NCBI GenBank assembly: GCA_012295275.1
Contig: CM022671.1
Coordinates: 27,776,001 to 27,840,000, forward strand
Origin: Chrysomallon squamiferum
Lineage: Eukaryota; Animalia; Mollusca
Direction of reading: 5' to 3'
DNA: 64,000 nt
The translations under genes and the position numbers were made by a program. Shown piece after piece: positions 12,101 through 26,653 of the stretch. A model generated the notes under the pieces. That model made no database searches. It was not told the origin of the DNA and saw nothing but the letters and a program-made list of their open reading frames with translations. Within the stretch, counting starts at the first letter, position 1, and the number at the start of each line of letters is the position of its first letter.

Positions 12101-15100
12101 GTCTTGATGTTTTGGAAGAGTTTCACTAGTGAACTGGGTTCAGTATCATCGGCATAATGTGGAGTCTACACCAAAACCATAAGCATACTGAAAATCACAA
12201 GATAATTTTTACTGGTTTTCATTTCTGTAGTGGTTATTAAACCACAAAAAAACATTCAGATTTATCATCACTTTAAAAATTTGTCCAGATTTTGTCCAGT
12301 TTATGTATATTTGCCAGTTTCCCTAGATGAAATATTGGTCTTATTAATCAACTGTTTCTCATCAGACTTGCATTTTTTTTTTTTTTTTTTTTTTCTCCAG
12401 TATATATATATATATATATATTTATATTTTAATTCAACATCACTTGTTGTTTCAAGCACAAAACATCAGCCTTATTTCCTTTTTTTTTTTTTAAATAACA
12501 AATAATAAAATGATAATTAAAATACAGATTTTCTTTGCTTTAAACTATGTAAAATAAAATCAAAATCCTTGTAGAAAAGGTTATTAGTTATTTTGTTGAC
12601 TAGGTTGATTTTTTTTTTTTATTTTTTTTTTAAAGATAATTAGCAAAAATTATTTTTAGGTGTGTTTGTTAAATACTGATGAGAAGCAGTTTATTTGTTT
12701 GGCCTCAGCCCTATCCTGTGATCATAGATTTGTTTAGTTGTTTTGGATTAAATTTACTTGAAGACTGAGATATTCTGTCCAAGCTAAGTAGAACATGTAT
12801 GTAAAACTTCATTTCCTAATAACAACTGTTTCTGGACAAGGCATGTTCAGTAATAAAATTAATATAGCAAAACATCCTTAAGAATTTCAAATTAAAATAA
12901 ATATATATATATATATATATATGTACATTATTCTTTCTTGTCAAAATAAATTGCTTTGTGTAATTTTTTTTTTTTTTTTTTTTTTTTTTGTTGGAAGTGT
13001 TAATTTTTATTCTTCATTAATTTATTTTAAATTTTTATAAGACGTAGTAGTTTTATTACTGAACAGTTTTTTGTCTAGAATCACTTGTTCCTAGAGCTCA
13101 TGTGCTCAAACACCATGCTATACAGAGTGGAAGTGAGCTTGCACTCGCTATTATGTTGAATAAAAGTACAATCAATACTGTTTTTTGTAGTTCTTTCTTT
13201 CCTTATTATTATTTATTTATTTTCACACAAAGATTGCCCAACATGGTGCATGTAAAACAGAACAGAACTGGATAAATGTTGCATTACACAAAAACTATGT
13301 CATTGTGCCAACATGCATATTTTTGTATTACGTCTTTCCAAGTTCTTTTTCATGTTTCATGCAAGTATTCATCTAAACAATTGCCAAAATAACATGATCC
13401 AAGCAATATTTTCTGTAATGAAAGTTAAAGGCTGCACAAATAACCAGAAATTAGGAATCTGCATGTGCTCATCTTCCATTTTATTTATTCAAACAATGAT
13501 TTGTTCTCTAGATATCTGGAGAATTAGAAGGGGTTTTTGGGTTTTTTTTTTTTTTTAAAAAGCCAAGAAAAAAAGATGGTAAATTTTGTCAAGAAATTAG
13601 AATATGTTATCTAGTGAAATATTCGATTAGTTTTACTAGTCACATCTTTTTTTCTCTCCCTCCAAACAGAAAATATTTTGGTCCAACTACAGTGTTATGG
13701 AACAACAACAAAAAAATGAAGTAAAATGAAGCAAACTCAACTTGGTATTAACTGTTTTATTTCTTTACAAATGATACTTGCAGGTAACACACTATCCCAT
13801 CAGTAGAATGAAAACTATGGTGTTTCAAAGATGAATGGGAGACATAAAATGTCATTTTTTTGTTTTTGTTTTAATGTAATAAAAGTACCTAAAGACGTGT
13901 ATTTACATAAATACTACATACACAAGTATTTACAGTACTCTGTAACAAATGTAACTGTTTGATATTTTGCTTTTCTCATTATCTATTTATTAAGTAAAAC
14001 TAACAAAACTATTCACTCCCAGTAACAACAATCAAATTTTAAATGATTCTAAATACGTTAACAAAATATTGTGTGATCTACATCTAAATGGCTAAAGATT
14101 GTCCTTGTTTGAGTGTTACTGTGTTTTGTGGCAAATGCAAAAAAGTTGCTACTTCAACTATTTTAAGTGATGCAGTGTCTCTATTAAAATGCATTTTGCT
14201 TGAAAAAATATATTAGAATATTAACTCTCAAGATAAAAGAAGAAACATAAATTGCTAATTTCAGTAAAAAAACTAAAAATTTCATTTTTCGAGAATCTCT
14301 TTGAACTGAAATTACATCAGTTCTGATGTTATTTACATAGATAGATCAAAGTGGAAAAAAAACAAAAACCTTTTAACATGACTAGAGTATTGACATGTCT
14401 TAGATTTCAGCCAGCAGATTTTTTACTGCACGAAGTACTGATGCAAATAATTTAGAAAATGTCATTAGATTCATGTCCTACTATATTTCTGGCACATACA
14501 ATTTTAAATGTTTATTTTTTCTTTCTTTCATTAAGTCAACTTGAAACAACAATAAAACGGTTCTAAAATGCTATATCAATTAATGAAAGACATGAACAAG
14601 ATTATTTTCCTAATTGTGGTTGCACCAGGTTAAATCTAATCAATTAACAAACAATATTCACTATATTTAAGTACTGGTAAACTAATTAGTAACATTTTAT
14701 ATCTTGAAACATTTGGCACTAATAGGGGTAATAAACGCTAACCTTGGCAGCAAATCCAAGTCTGAACCTATTGGGTTTTTTTTTATCTTCTTCTTTTCTT
14801 TCAAAATAAAAATGACAGCATGTAAACTATATAAAAACTAAAATTATTTAAAGAACAAAACGTAACAGATGTTTCTAAATGGTTGCATACAAAGTTAATA
14901 TTTCATTTGATTCATTTTCACTTTTCCATTTCAAGACAGTATTAAAATAACCCTTCATGTGCATTCAATGCAACAGCTTTTTAAATTCTACATTTTGAAG
15001 GAGACTGAATGGTTATATATGGGGTTTTTTTTTGTTCTTGGTTTTTTTCATGTTACTGGGTTTTTGGAGGTGGGTTTAGCTGATGGAGAAGATTGGTCTT

Positions 15101-17193
15101 ACTTGTTTATAAACTTAGAAATACTGGGGAGTTTGGTTTCTTTTGGGTTTTTTATAGTTAGCATACTTAAAAAAAAAAAAATAATGATAATTATAATTAT
15201 AATAATAAAAAAATAAAAAAAAAAAATCTTACAAACTACAATAATCCTAATTTCATTTATATAAAGACAAAATAATCCAAAATTTAGCTTTTAGACATAA
15301 TGCTAATGGTTCACAGTTAACACTGCCATTAATACAGTATAAATAATAAAAAAATATATTAAACAGAAGAAGAGAAAAGAAAAGTCAGAACATAAAGTTT
15401 AAAAGGCAAAACTTTGTCTTTATATTAGTTTACATTTCAAACCATTAAAACCTGCATCTTACAGGCAGTCACATCCACAAGTTAAAAATAAATGCATTCA
15501 CAGGTAACAATAATGTTCAATAACAAATCTAAGATCTTTTCATCTGCAAAACTTTTTAAAATAATTTACAAAACTGCAGAAAATCTGAATAAAAGTTATG
15601 ACTAGCCATAAAAGAAATGGGTAAACATTTCAAAATGATTAAAGATCTGAAGTATTTGTATGGAGCCAGATGACTTATCACAAAGAATTTTAATTAAAAT
15701 GAAAATGTAAATTTTTATTATCTGGTTTTTCACATGGACAGAAATAAATAAATGACAAACTGAATCTGTGTGATGTGTTTTTCAAATATGTATTTGCATT
15801 GTAATCAAGGAAGAAGAAAAACAACTTTACTTTTCTTCCAAATTTGTTTAAAATCTGAAGCCCATGTAATATACATGACCAGCATTAAATTTAAGAAAAA
15901 TTAATTTGAGTGTGTGACCTTTCACGTAGAAAGCAAAATAACTTAGTATCTGATCCCAGTATCAGGAATGGGAAACTAAATAATATGACAAACATCTAGT
16001 TACACCTGAGGTTACAATACAGTGGTAAGTTCACTACTACTAAAAGCAGTAAGCAGTTGTGTTTTTTTTTTTTTTAATTTCGTAGTTACAGTGACACATA
16101 CATTAACAAAATGTATAAACAAGTGTGGCCTTTGACATTTTGTAAAACAATGCGAGTACATAAACATTCATTTGTCACTTAATTTTTTTTAACAGCCATT
16201 TTAAATAGTCTGCAACTAAATCTGTTGCAAGAAGGTTTAAATAATACATCTTCAGATTTTATCTGATCTCTATAGTCGTTTATTTTTTATATATTATTTT
16301 GTTTTTCCCAAGAATTGTCTGACAGTATTCAATCATTTGGCAAGTAATTTTTCATATACAGGCAAAAAAAAAAAAAGAAATAAAAAGAAAACACTCTAAT
16401 TTAAAATCAAAGAAATATCTAATATCTGAAATTTAATATTTTTGCCATTTAAAAAGTTAATCTATTAATTTTTGTAAAGTTTTTACTGTATTTTTGCACT
16501 GATCAACTGAATAATCTTACGTTTACTTTGTTACTCCCATTATTCTTAAACTAACCAAACATGATGTGACTTTTATAAATGGTTTTAAAAAATGTTACAT
16601 ATATACATCAGAACTGATAACAATATCAAATACACTGAAATGAGCAATAATCAAATCAATTCTTAAAATTAGATTGTTATGGATTTCAGTTAATCCATCT
16701 ACATAATCTCTTTGAAACAAATATTTTTGTTCTATTCCACAGTATTTTGTTAAAAAGTAAAAGGTAATTTTTGTTGATGTCAAGAGAGAGAAAGTAAATA
16801 ATGCTGGAATTTTTTTTTTCTTCTGTCTGAACCAGATGAGACCAAACATACCTTGTACAGAAAATATTAACTTTTTCAGAGAGTGTGTTATACTGAGTTT
16901 TATTATTATTTAGTAATCTACCAAGTGACATATTTTTATTTCATGCATGTACCACAACTCTTAAAACAACAAACAAGTAAAATTTAATTAACCGTAAATT
17001 AAATCTACAATATTAAGTTATGAAAATTTTAACACGTCATTTTAAGTACACAAATGTAGCTACATTCACTGCTACAAAAAAAAAAAAAAAAAAAAAAATG
17101 TGATTTAAAACAGTTTTTTATGGGGTGACTATTAAAACATGTGCATAGTATAACACTATAAGCAAATGCCCATACCTATCTTTCAGACACAAT

Positions 17194-17194
17194 C

Positions 17195-17251
<57 letters not shown>
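17194..17251. repeat. (AT)n/(CA)n compound microsatellite
   Basis: Seen directly, just downstream of the PHF12 proximal polyA signal. Confidence 0.9.
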
Positions 17252-17270
17252 TACTCATTCACACAAACAT

Positions 17271-17276
17271 TTTATT
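17271..17276 (-). terminator. Candidate AATAAA polyadenylation signal of PHF12
   Basis: TTTATT on + (AATAAA on -) about 245 nt past the PHF12 stop. More distal signals also exist. Confidence 0.4.
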
Positions 17277-17519
17277 CACATTCAGAATCTGTAGTCCTAT
17301 GGCTGGTGATTTATTCCTAAAAATAAACAAAACGAAAAATGAACTTGTGTTTGATACTGAGACATACAAGAAAGTCACAATGTCGACACTGATGATTTTT
17401 CAGCTTTATAGACTGACTTTGTGAGGTTTCAGTCTGGAATTGTTTTTGTTTTTTTATAAAAATGGTTTTCTCCAGCCTCCTGCTCCTCAGCTGCCTTTAA
17501 GTTAATTTGAACCTGTGTG

Positions 17520-20500
17520 TTATTGAGCTGCCTTCAGGTGAGTCTTCAACAAAGACATTGATTCTGATCGTCTCTCCACTATAGGCTCAGATGCTGCCTG
17601 ATCAACGATGCTGAATACAAACTGTAAACAACCAACTTTAATGTAACTCCCATGATGCAACAGCGCTGTCCCCTCCCAGCCTGCACCACTACCTCCGATC
17701 AGACTAGAACTGCTGACACGACAGTTGCAGTGGCGTGAATGCTGTGAAAAGAAATTAATGTTAGTAATCACCAGGGAAGATATAAAGAAAATAATTTAGT
17801 AACTTTAATAAGCTGCACTTTTTGTTATTTTAAATGCCTTTATGTATAATGTACCATAGCTGGCAAATGTAATTAGCAATTCCACCAGTGCTTTTTTTTA
17901 AAAAAAACTGTCTTCAGTAATTGTTTTTTTCACTGGGGCTGTATTTTAATTTTCACAATGTAACTGGCAAGCTACTGTAGAAATATTATCAAAAAGACAG
18001 ACACATTCCACTGGCTGCACACCCAAACACACAGATCACTCTTTCTGTACTACTGTATTTAATCTTATAACACAAATCAGTTCTCACGTCGTTAGCTTTG
18101 GCAGTCATTGTTATTCGCTTCTGTTCTTCATCTTCCAGTTTCTGCTTAGCCTTGCTGATCACCTCACGGACAGCTGCTACAACAGGGGAGGGTTGGGGTG
18201 TGGTCGCAGACTTGTCAGAAAAGTCACACGAGTAGAGGACGTTGTCAACAGTAGTTCCATGTTCACTGTAGTTGAGTAGTTCATAGTGTTTTGTCATCTT
18301 TAACAGTACCAAAACAAGTATGTATTAAAAAAAATAAAATAAAAAAATAAACAAATAAATAAATGCAACCCGAATTAAGTCATTCCTGGCATAACACTTT
18401 TTCTTTCTTTTTTGACATTTAGATTAGAATTTTATTTAAATATAGTAAGACTTAAAAGATATTCTACGTCAAAACCAATTACTGAAGAAGAAATTAATTG
18501 CAGATTTTCAATTCCTTTAATCTACAGATTTAATAAATGTTCAAAATGTATAAATATATATATATTTAACTGGAACAATTTTATGATGATTTCTGAAAAC
18601 AGACAAAAGAAATACATGAAGTTTCTCACCTCATCATAGAATATACATGCATGTTTTGGTGACACAAAATTGCAATAACCAAACTGGTTTAGGCAGACAT
18701 CCATGTCAGCACCTGTTTAATTAAAAAAAATAATAATAATAAAATAAGAGGTAGAAAGCAATAAATATAACTATATTGTTATAGTAAATTATTTTAAATT
18801 TTTTCTCTATCTGAATTAATTTTGAACCCCATAAATTTATAAACGTTTTTTCATAGTAACAATCACACTATAGTATTTTTTTAAATGTACTATTTAGGCA
18901 TAAAAATTGTATCTTTCCTACTCCTGTTTACAGAAAGTATAAACTAAAAACTTGCCTGTTCCAATCCCCATTGTTCTGTATGGCATTGGAATGGCTTGGC
19001 CTTTCCCAGTCAGGGGACATAAAACAGCTCGTGCCCTGATTTCACATGACCCTTAGTGGAAAAGAAAAGAATTAGTTGAGATGCTTTTTTAGCTACAAAC
19101 TCAATTTTAATTACAAAAATAAAAAAATATTCTAGTGAAGGAACCTATGTGTAGATCACACAGTATTTCATTGAAAAGATAGAAAAATTACCTGAAACTA
19201 AAAAAAAGAAAAAAAAAAGGTTGTTTTTATCTTATTTATATATATATATATGTGACAAATAATAAATTTATGCAGGATAAAGCTAATTTACCAAACAGAT
19301 GTTTTCTTTTTTAACTTTACTTTTATTTATTTATTATCTGGTATTTTTGTTAGTATGTTTTACATCTGGTTTTTTAATGTAAATGAATTAAAGAAGAATA
19401 AACATCGCTAAACAACAAAGACTTCAAGACAACAAATACCATCTTCACTAGACTGCTGCAAGAGACCGTTTAGAACTCCTTTTTTTGTCGGCAGAACGTC
19501 AGATTTGTCTGACATCAGTTGCTGAAGCCGCTGCCATGCAAGAATCTGGATTAATTTTTCATCTATTTTACTCAATTCTGATTCTGAAAAACAAATAATT
19601 AAAATCAGAATATTTTTTTAAAAAAAACAAGCAACTAACTAATGTATTCTGTCAAATTATTTAACACATTTAAAGATAATTATTTAGCAGTCTTCAGGGA
19701 AAACATCATATTTCCAAGAAAATTACCAACCTGTATTTCCTTCAATGAACTGCTGCAATGTGTTGTTTAGATTGTTTATTAATGAATTGGAATTACTCAA
19801 GTTGGCTCCTTTACTCACAGCAGTTGTTATGCTACCTGAGTTAAGTTTTCCACCTAAAAATTAGAATTACAATGGTGAAAAGACTTTAAATGATTAACAA
19901 ATTTTACAAAAAAAAAAAATATAGCACAACAATATTTGTTTAGTAACCCTCTTAAATTATAACAAACCTGCTGTAATACCTGTTAATTTATTCTGTGAAT
20001 GTACAAAACAAAAGAAAATATTTAATAGAAGTTCATGGAATATTCATGACACTAAAAGAAATCACAATCAAAGACTGCTTTGAATAACGTATCTTAAAAT
20101 CAGTGGAGACTACTGCATGAATGATAAAAACTGTTACTTCAAAACAATCTGACATTAATAATTTATCAAAAACAAATGTGATTTTTGTCTTGTTTAAACA
20201 CAGAGAGAAAACTGCTCTCCTACAAAATCACGCAAGAGAAAGAAAAAAAACATCTACCTGAAGGCGAAGCTGATACTGTGATTACTTTTGGAGATGTGAT
20301 GGTTCCTATGGTGTGAGACACAGAACACTTGTTCTGCGAACCTGTGGTGGCCACTTTTATAGAGGGCTGAACTGTTATTCTGGGAGACAGGATTGACGTT
20401 GGGTTGCTGACGACAACAGTCTTCGTGGAACTATTTGCAGACACAGTCTTGTTTCCTTGATTCGAATGGGACAACACTTTAGTGACGACGGTATTGTTTG

Positions 20501-23500
20501 ATTTGTTTATAGCACTGATGACGATGTTTTTGCCTTGCGTATGTGGGACAGAACTTGTACTGTTTGAAGTGGCACTGGGCTTATCGCCCAGAGGCCAGTT
20601 CACTTTAACTATATTGGGCGTGGGCGAATCGCCACTATTACTTCGTGTCCTTATCACAACGGCATCGGGTTTAGTCCTCTGTAAATTTACAAAATCGATA
20701 TCACCGTTCACCGTAGCACTGGTAGTTCCGTGAAGTAACGACACAGTCGACCCCTTCGACACTTCAAACGGGCCGTTGGAAAAAGATTCTTGAACAGGAC
20801 TGCACACGGCAGATCCATTTAAAGAAGTCCTATCACAGTCAAAGGTTTCCGCTTTAGAAACGTTTTCCTCCACCGAATCCTCCAGGTCGTGCATATCACA
20901 GTCCTTATGAACAACAGGTGCGACAGATGCTGTTGGTTTGCCATGGTCGGATTTTGATATGTCAGCAGTTTTAGCACCTTCTGTTGCTTTGTGCAATTGT
21001 TTTTGGGCTAGGAACTTAGCTATACTGGTCTGTAATGATACAACTGCTGTCAGCCACTGAAAACAAAAAAAAGGAAATAAAAAAATTATTATTTGAAAAA
21101 GATTTTGGAAATAAATTACGTAAACTTAATTAAAAGAAAACTGAAAACAAAAAGAAAAGAAATCTTTATGTTTTTATAGCTATCAGGCAACATTAACAAA
21201 TTTAAAAACAGAGTTAATTACAGTTTTGGTAAAAAATAGCTAATTACTATTTAACCAGAATATGAAGACAAGTAATAAATCTCTATGTACAGATAAAGCC
21301 ATTGGTTCTTATCAACAATGAAAAAATAACAACATTCACCTCTTCTTGTTCTTCTAGAGTTATTTCCACATGTTCTTTAGGTGTTGGAGATTGCGAAGAT
21401 GAGATATTCAGTCCACTGACTGCCTGTGGTAATAATGATGGAGGATTTTGATAATGCTGCTTTATTGCTGCTGGTATCTGGAAAAAAAGAAAAATATATA
21501 ATAAATAAATAAATAAAAACATGTATGTATTGATTTTAATATTAACACACTAATTACAACTGGTCCACATAAAACAAAAACAAAAACAAAAGTATCATTG
21601 TTTCTCACCAAGATATTTGTAAAATATTAGACTCATAACACCATCAAATATTACCAACCTCAAACTAAGTGAATCAAATAAAACCAACATTTACTTTAAA
21701 AATTAGATCCAAATTAATATTTAAAAATATGTTTCAACCTAGTGCATTAAAAATAGTATTTGAAACAAACTTGTTTAAGATTCTTCATTGATACTAAATG
21801 TATACAACTCACTGAAATGGTTTTTCTGCATGGTAGTTTTCTCTTTAATCTAAATGGTGGATGAAGTCTATGACCTTGTCGTAAAAACTGAATTTTTACT
21901 GCATGTTGATCTATATGGCCAGAAAATCTGTCCCATAATTGGACCCGTTCATGCAAACCAACTGAATGCAAAAGCTTTTCATCCTTTTTAAAAAAAATAC
22001 AAAAGAAGCATTTAATCTCAAACCTTTTAAAAAATAATAATAAATAAATAAAAATTCAAGATCAAACGTTTTCAGGAATACTTTTGCTACTTAACAGGTG
22101 GCATTCATGTTTTATTAATTGTTCATCTTCTAAAAAATGACTTCACCTATACAATGTAATCAAACATTAATAATTTTGAGTAGTTTATAAAAAATTGTTA
22201 CTTTTATTATCTGTAAATTGACTGTAAATAAAATCTTACATTTATTTCAAACATTAACTGCTTCCACTACATCTCTGTTTGACAAGTGTGACATCACATT
22301 ATCTTCATAAAGTTAATTTAAAAAAACAAACAAGAAATACAAGTTTTGAAATTATTATCAGAAATCAGATTCATCCATCTTTGCTTTTATGAGGCCTATC
22401 TGACACATTCTAAATTTATTTTGATCAAAGTACAATACCACAGCATGTTCCACGTGGTTTGGACACATCCACCTTCCAGTCGGCAATGTTGTTAACGGAG
22501 GATTTAAACAGTCTTGGTGAAACAACAGAGGACAGTAGTCACACTGGATTAAAGGGGACACTCGACAACTTCTGTAACAGAAAAAGAAAACCTATGCAAC
22601 GACCTGTATTAATTTTACTCAACAATATAAAAAAAATTATAGTTTTTTTTCTAATTTAATAATATCTTATACATAAATAAACTGTAATAAATAATGAACA
22701 GACTACATACTTGCTGCAGATGAAGCAAACTTTAGCTGGTAATGGCACAATTCCGTTGTCGTGTTCGTGTGGAAGTTTTTTATTGCTTGCACGCATTCCT
22801 GGTCGTCTCTTACTTGAACCTGCCAGAATAGACAATTCACTAAAAGTAATCAAAATTAGTAGATAATAACCTATTAATAAACATAATACATTTCTATAAA
22901 ATTACTTTAAAGTAACCACCTGTGGGCATATTATATATTGCAAATATATATATAATTTAAAAAACCCAATATAAAATAATAACCAACCTAAAAAAAAGAC
23001 CCATTTTAAATGAATTTACAAATACCTCTTCTCTCTTACACTCACAAAATTTAATGTTACTACTACCTTAATAATATAATCCTAAAATTGCTAAAAGGTA
23101 CGATGTAATGACTATAGTTTCCAACAGCTTTTCCATCACTCCAGTTCTAGAAATTCATGGATTTCTTTTGTTGCAACATAGCACTGGTGAATTTTTTTTC
23201 ATAGAACATTCTAAATTCTTAACCTTAAACAACGTACCAGGCAATGGTGTTGTGCAGGCAATATCTTTTGTCAGTTCAAACTGCACAGGGTTTATAAGCT
23301 TAGCTGCTTTTGCCAACATCTGCAGTGGATGTTCTTTTTCTTCATCTTTAGAATGCTGCCTCTTCACTCTACTTTTTGTGCCAGTTTTGATGGAACCTGA
23401 GGTTGATTCATCTTCTTCAGGCTGAAAACAAATTAAATGTATGTTTGTTTTTAAATTACAGAGCACACTGACTAATTTTCTGTCATCAGCTATTACATTT

Positions 23501-24621
23501 CAAGCATTTGGTCTTCTACAAAAAAAAATGTGCTATACTTCTCTGTCACAGCAAGTAGAATTTTTACCTTCACCTTCGGACATTTATATTTATGCTTGTG
23601 CAAGTTCAAACACAATAAGCACTTAAATTTCCTTTTAAGAAAAAAAATGTCCTGTATCTGATACAGATTATAAGTTTGAAATGTTTTGTTACTGAACAGT
23701 TTGTCTTTACATAAATGAATAAAAAGCAGATGTATAAATCAAATGTTTAAGTGGTATGGTTGTATAACATTTCAGAAACTAAAGCTAACCTCTGGAGGAC
23801 TGATGCGACATCGATGACAAATCCATTCACCAGGTGGAAGTTCATCTTCATCCAAAGGTGGATCACTAACAAAAATGTATTTTTGTTATAATTTGTTTGC
23901 TTTTTTAAATATATATTTAAATCTACTGTAGCAATTTCAAAGTGCTACTCATTTATGTAATAATTCAGAAATATATATGAATAAAAAATGTTCATGCACT
24001 TTATAACTTTTTAATATTTAAATGAAAAAAAAATGAATTTATTTCTGTCTACTCCTTTGATTTTAATATTATTTTGTGTATGTGGAATGAAAATTATTAT
24101 TTTATTGTGCTGAATTTGTAACTATCTCATTGACAAATATTTCTGTTTGTGTGCTGTAAAATGGAAAAACTACCAGAAACCTGCTAGGTATGAACAATTT
24201 ATTGTATATTTTACATATCTACATGCATTACAAATGAAGTTTTGTTAATCTTCAGTTTAAAACTCACTGGCACTGTAAATGAAATGCTGCTGGACAACGG
24301 TCACAGCAGAGCAAATCACCACCTTCTTTACAGCTGTCACAACAATCGTGGTTAATTGCGCGGCCATGTCGTCTTCTTTCTCTATCTTGTCGACGTTGCT
24401 TTCTCACTAAATCTTCACTGACTGGAGGGGCTGTCAACTTAATGATTTCCTAAAAGTAAAATTTAACTTCGTATTAAATAAAGTCAACAAATAATGAAAC
24501 AAAATGACTTAAAAGAAAATCATCACATAGCGCTTATCTGCCCTTTGTATACGGCTCAATAAAACAAAATTACCTCCATTAGCCCGCCAGATGTATCTAA
24601 ATCATATTCCACGGCAGCCAT
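17520..24621 (-). CDS. PHF12: PHD finger protein 12 (Pf1, Sin3/HDAC complex subunit), 905 aa, 15 exons: 24574-24621, 24268-24449, 23790-23865, 23238-23421, 22711-22819, 22439-22571, 21813-21983, 21340-21477, 20258-21056, 19731-19853, 19440-19583, 18956-19051, 18630-18712, 18088-18297, 17520-17741
   Basis: N-terminus [19 protein letters not shown]1 is [51 protein letters not shown]2 is [45 protein letters not shown]. It also has the [16 protein letters not shown] helix and the C-terminal FHA-like region [11 protein letters not shown]...[35 protein letters not shown]...[24 protein letters not shown]. All match vertebrate PHF12 as recalled, and all junctions are in phase. Confidence 0.96.
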
Positions 24622-24959
24622 GAGGATTCGAAGAACTATTTTAAGATGCGTAAACAACAGATGGATAATCTGGAAGATGTCAACCTTTCAAATCCATTCT
24701 TGATAAATTTCTTCTTCTTTTTTTTTTTTTTTTTTTTTTTCACAATAAACGTCAAAAAGTCCTAATTTCTATATTAATTTTCTAACTGAATACCAATTCT
24801 GTGGACATTTTGTTTAATATGGTTATCCTGTAAATAAAGATCTTTTTTGAATACCGCTGAAAACTGGTAATTTACTTATTAAAATTAATAATTATAGCAA
24901 TATTTATAAATTGATTTATGTAAAAATCCCAGAACTTGGCGCAAAATGTCGGACAACAT

Positions 24960-25030
24960 AACGGCGCATGCGTTCATCCGGGCACTTCCCAATGCGCATG
25001 CGTATTCCAGAAGTAACGGAAGTTACGAAG
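24960..25030. promoter_or_regulatory. Bidirectional promoter core of PHF12/RABGEF1 with two NRF1-type sites and an ETS/GABP site
   Basis: GCGCATGCG at 24964-24972, TGCGCATGCG at 24993-25002 and CGGAAGT at 25017-25023, in a local CpG-containing island between divergent genes. Confidence 0.7.
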
Positions 25031-26653
25031 GTGAAGGTTACCATCCAGTTTTGTTATTATTTGGAAAACTTCGGTATATTTCGGTATTATCCGATATTGC
25101 CTAATGCTTTTATGCAGTCGGGCAGCTAATATCATAAATACGCCATGCCATTACATTTTGTTTCTGATTTTGTTAACTTTCTTTAATTCGTGTAAAATGT
25201 TTGTATTAAACATATTGTAACTTATATTTAAATATATAGTCTTTATCGGCGACGTACCATATTCCGAAATTGTCCGAAAATGGACAAAATTCAGAATGAA
25301 ACTAAGTAAATTAAGCTTCTAATATTTCATTCTTCTTCTTTTTTTTATATTTATTAAATACATAATAATACATGCAACGTAATTAAAATTTAGTATTTTC
25401 TCTAATGACCACACGATCTTAATTTTATGTCGGATAATTATAAAATATTTTGCAGGATAAACGTAAACTGGCTTTGCATAAATCCGTAAGACACACACAG
25501 AGAGCCGTGTGACCTTTGCCTTGAAATGTTTAACAAATGATCACAAGACACCTTTCTTCCTGCTGTTATTTATGTCCAGAAGACATACCTTTTGAATAGT
25601 ATGTAAATGCTAATTATTTGTTTTACTATGCCATCGGTTGGTTAATTTCAATATAAATAGATGAAGATATTTTTGATATTCAAAAATGAAGTTCACAATG
25701 AAAGTGCATTTATTTCTTGTTTAATTACATCATAGTATTTTATTATTTTAAGTATTTTATTTATCGGAGAATTGATTATAATCGTAATCATAATGTTTTC
25801 ACTTCTAAACAATTTTCTTTCTGCGTTTTAAAGAACAATAGCAGCAATTAGTGAGAATATAAAAAAGATTAATTGAACTGTTTAATTAACCGGACACTAA
25901 CAGTAACACTAACAGTAACATGAAATAACGTGTATTAGGCTACATATATTCATTATATTGTAATATACATAATATAACAAGTGTACGTTTTATCTGTATA
26001 TGCATAACAAATGACAGTTACAGAGAGAGTGCATCATCCATTTTAACAGTAAATGAGTAATTAGTACACTTCCTACCTTTTTAGCTTTACTATAAGTGTA
26101 AGAAGTAAATCGACAACTCTAATAATATCAAGGTACCATCTTTTTAATGCTGCAAATGAGAACTAGAATGTGCTTTACATACATATCCATTGTCAGGGAA
26201 CAATTTGTTTGAAAAATTGTTAATTACTTATTATACCCTATTTAGCTATTTACAATGAAATTAATGGTGGCTCCAAAAAATCCACAATATTGATGTAAAA
26301 CGTTCAGGTAGTATCAAATATCATTTTGGTCATCAGTTCATTACTTCATGACCAATAATTTCATTAAAAAGTCATATATTGTTTTTTATAAGGAATCTGA
26401 TTTGTTACTGTTAACGCAAAATGACTATTATGCACATAACTTTAGATATACATTTTTTATTTTGTATCAGTTTTCAATGCTGTTTTTAATATTTTATCTG
26501 TCAGCAAAAAAGAAATATTCTTAGGTCAGAGTTTATTGTTCATTTGAAAATGCCTTGACTTTTCATACCTACCAGATTTAGATTTTTTCACTATATATAT
26601 ATTTGTTTATTTTGCAGTTAACATATTGTTGTAGTTATTAAACAACACTTAAC

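Noticed and set aside
20482-20733. Antisense ORFs over PHF12, RABGEF1 and GCNT exons (also 23108, 30441, 60372)
   Set aside because: Shadow frames of real coding exons.
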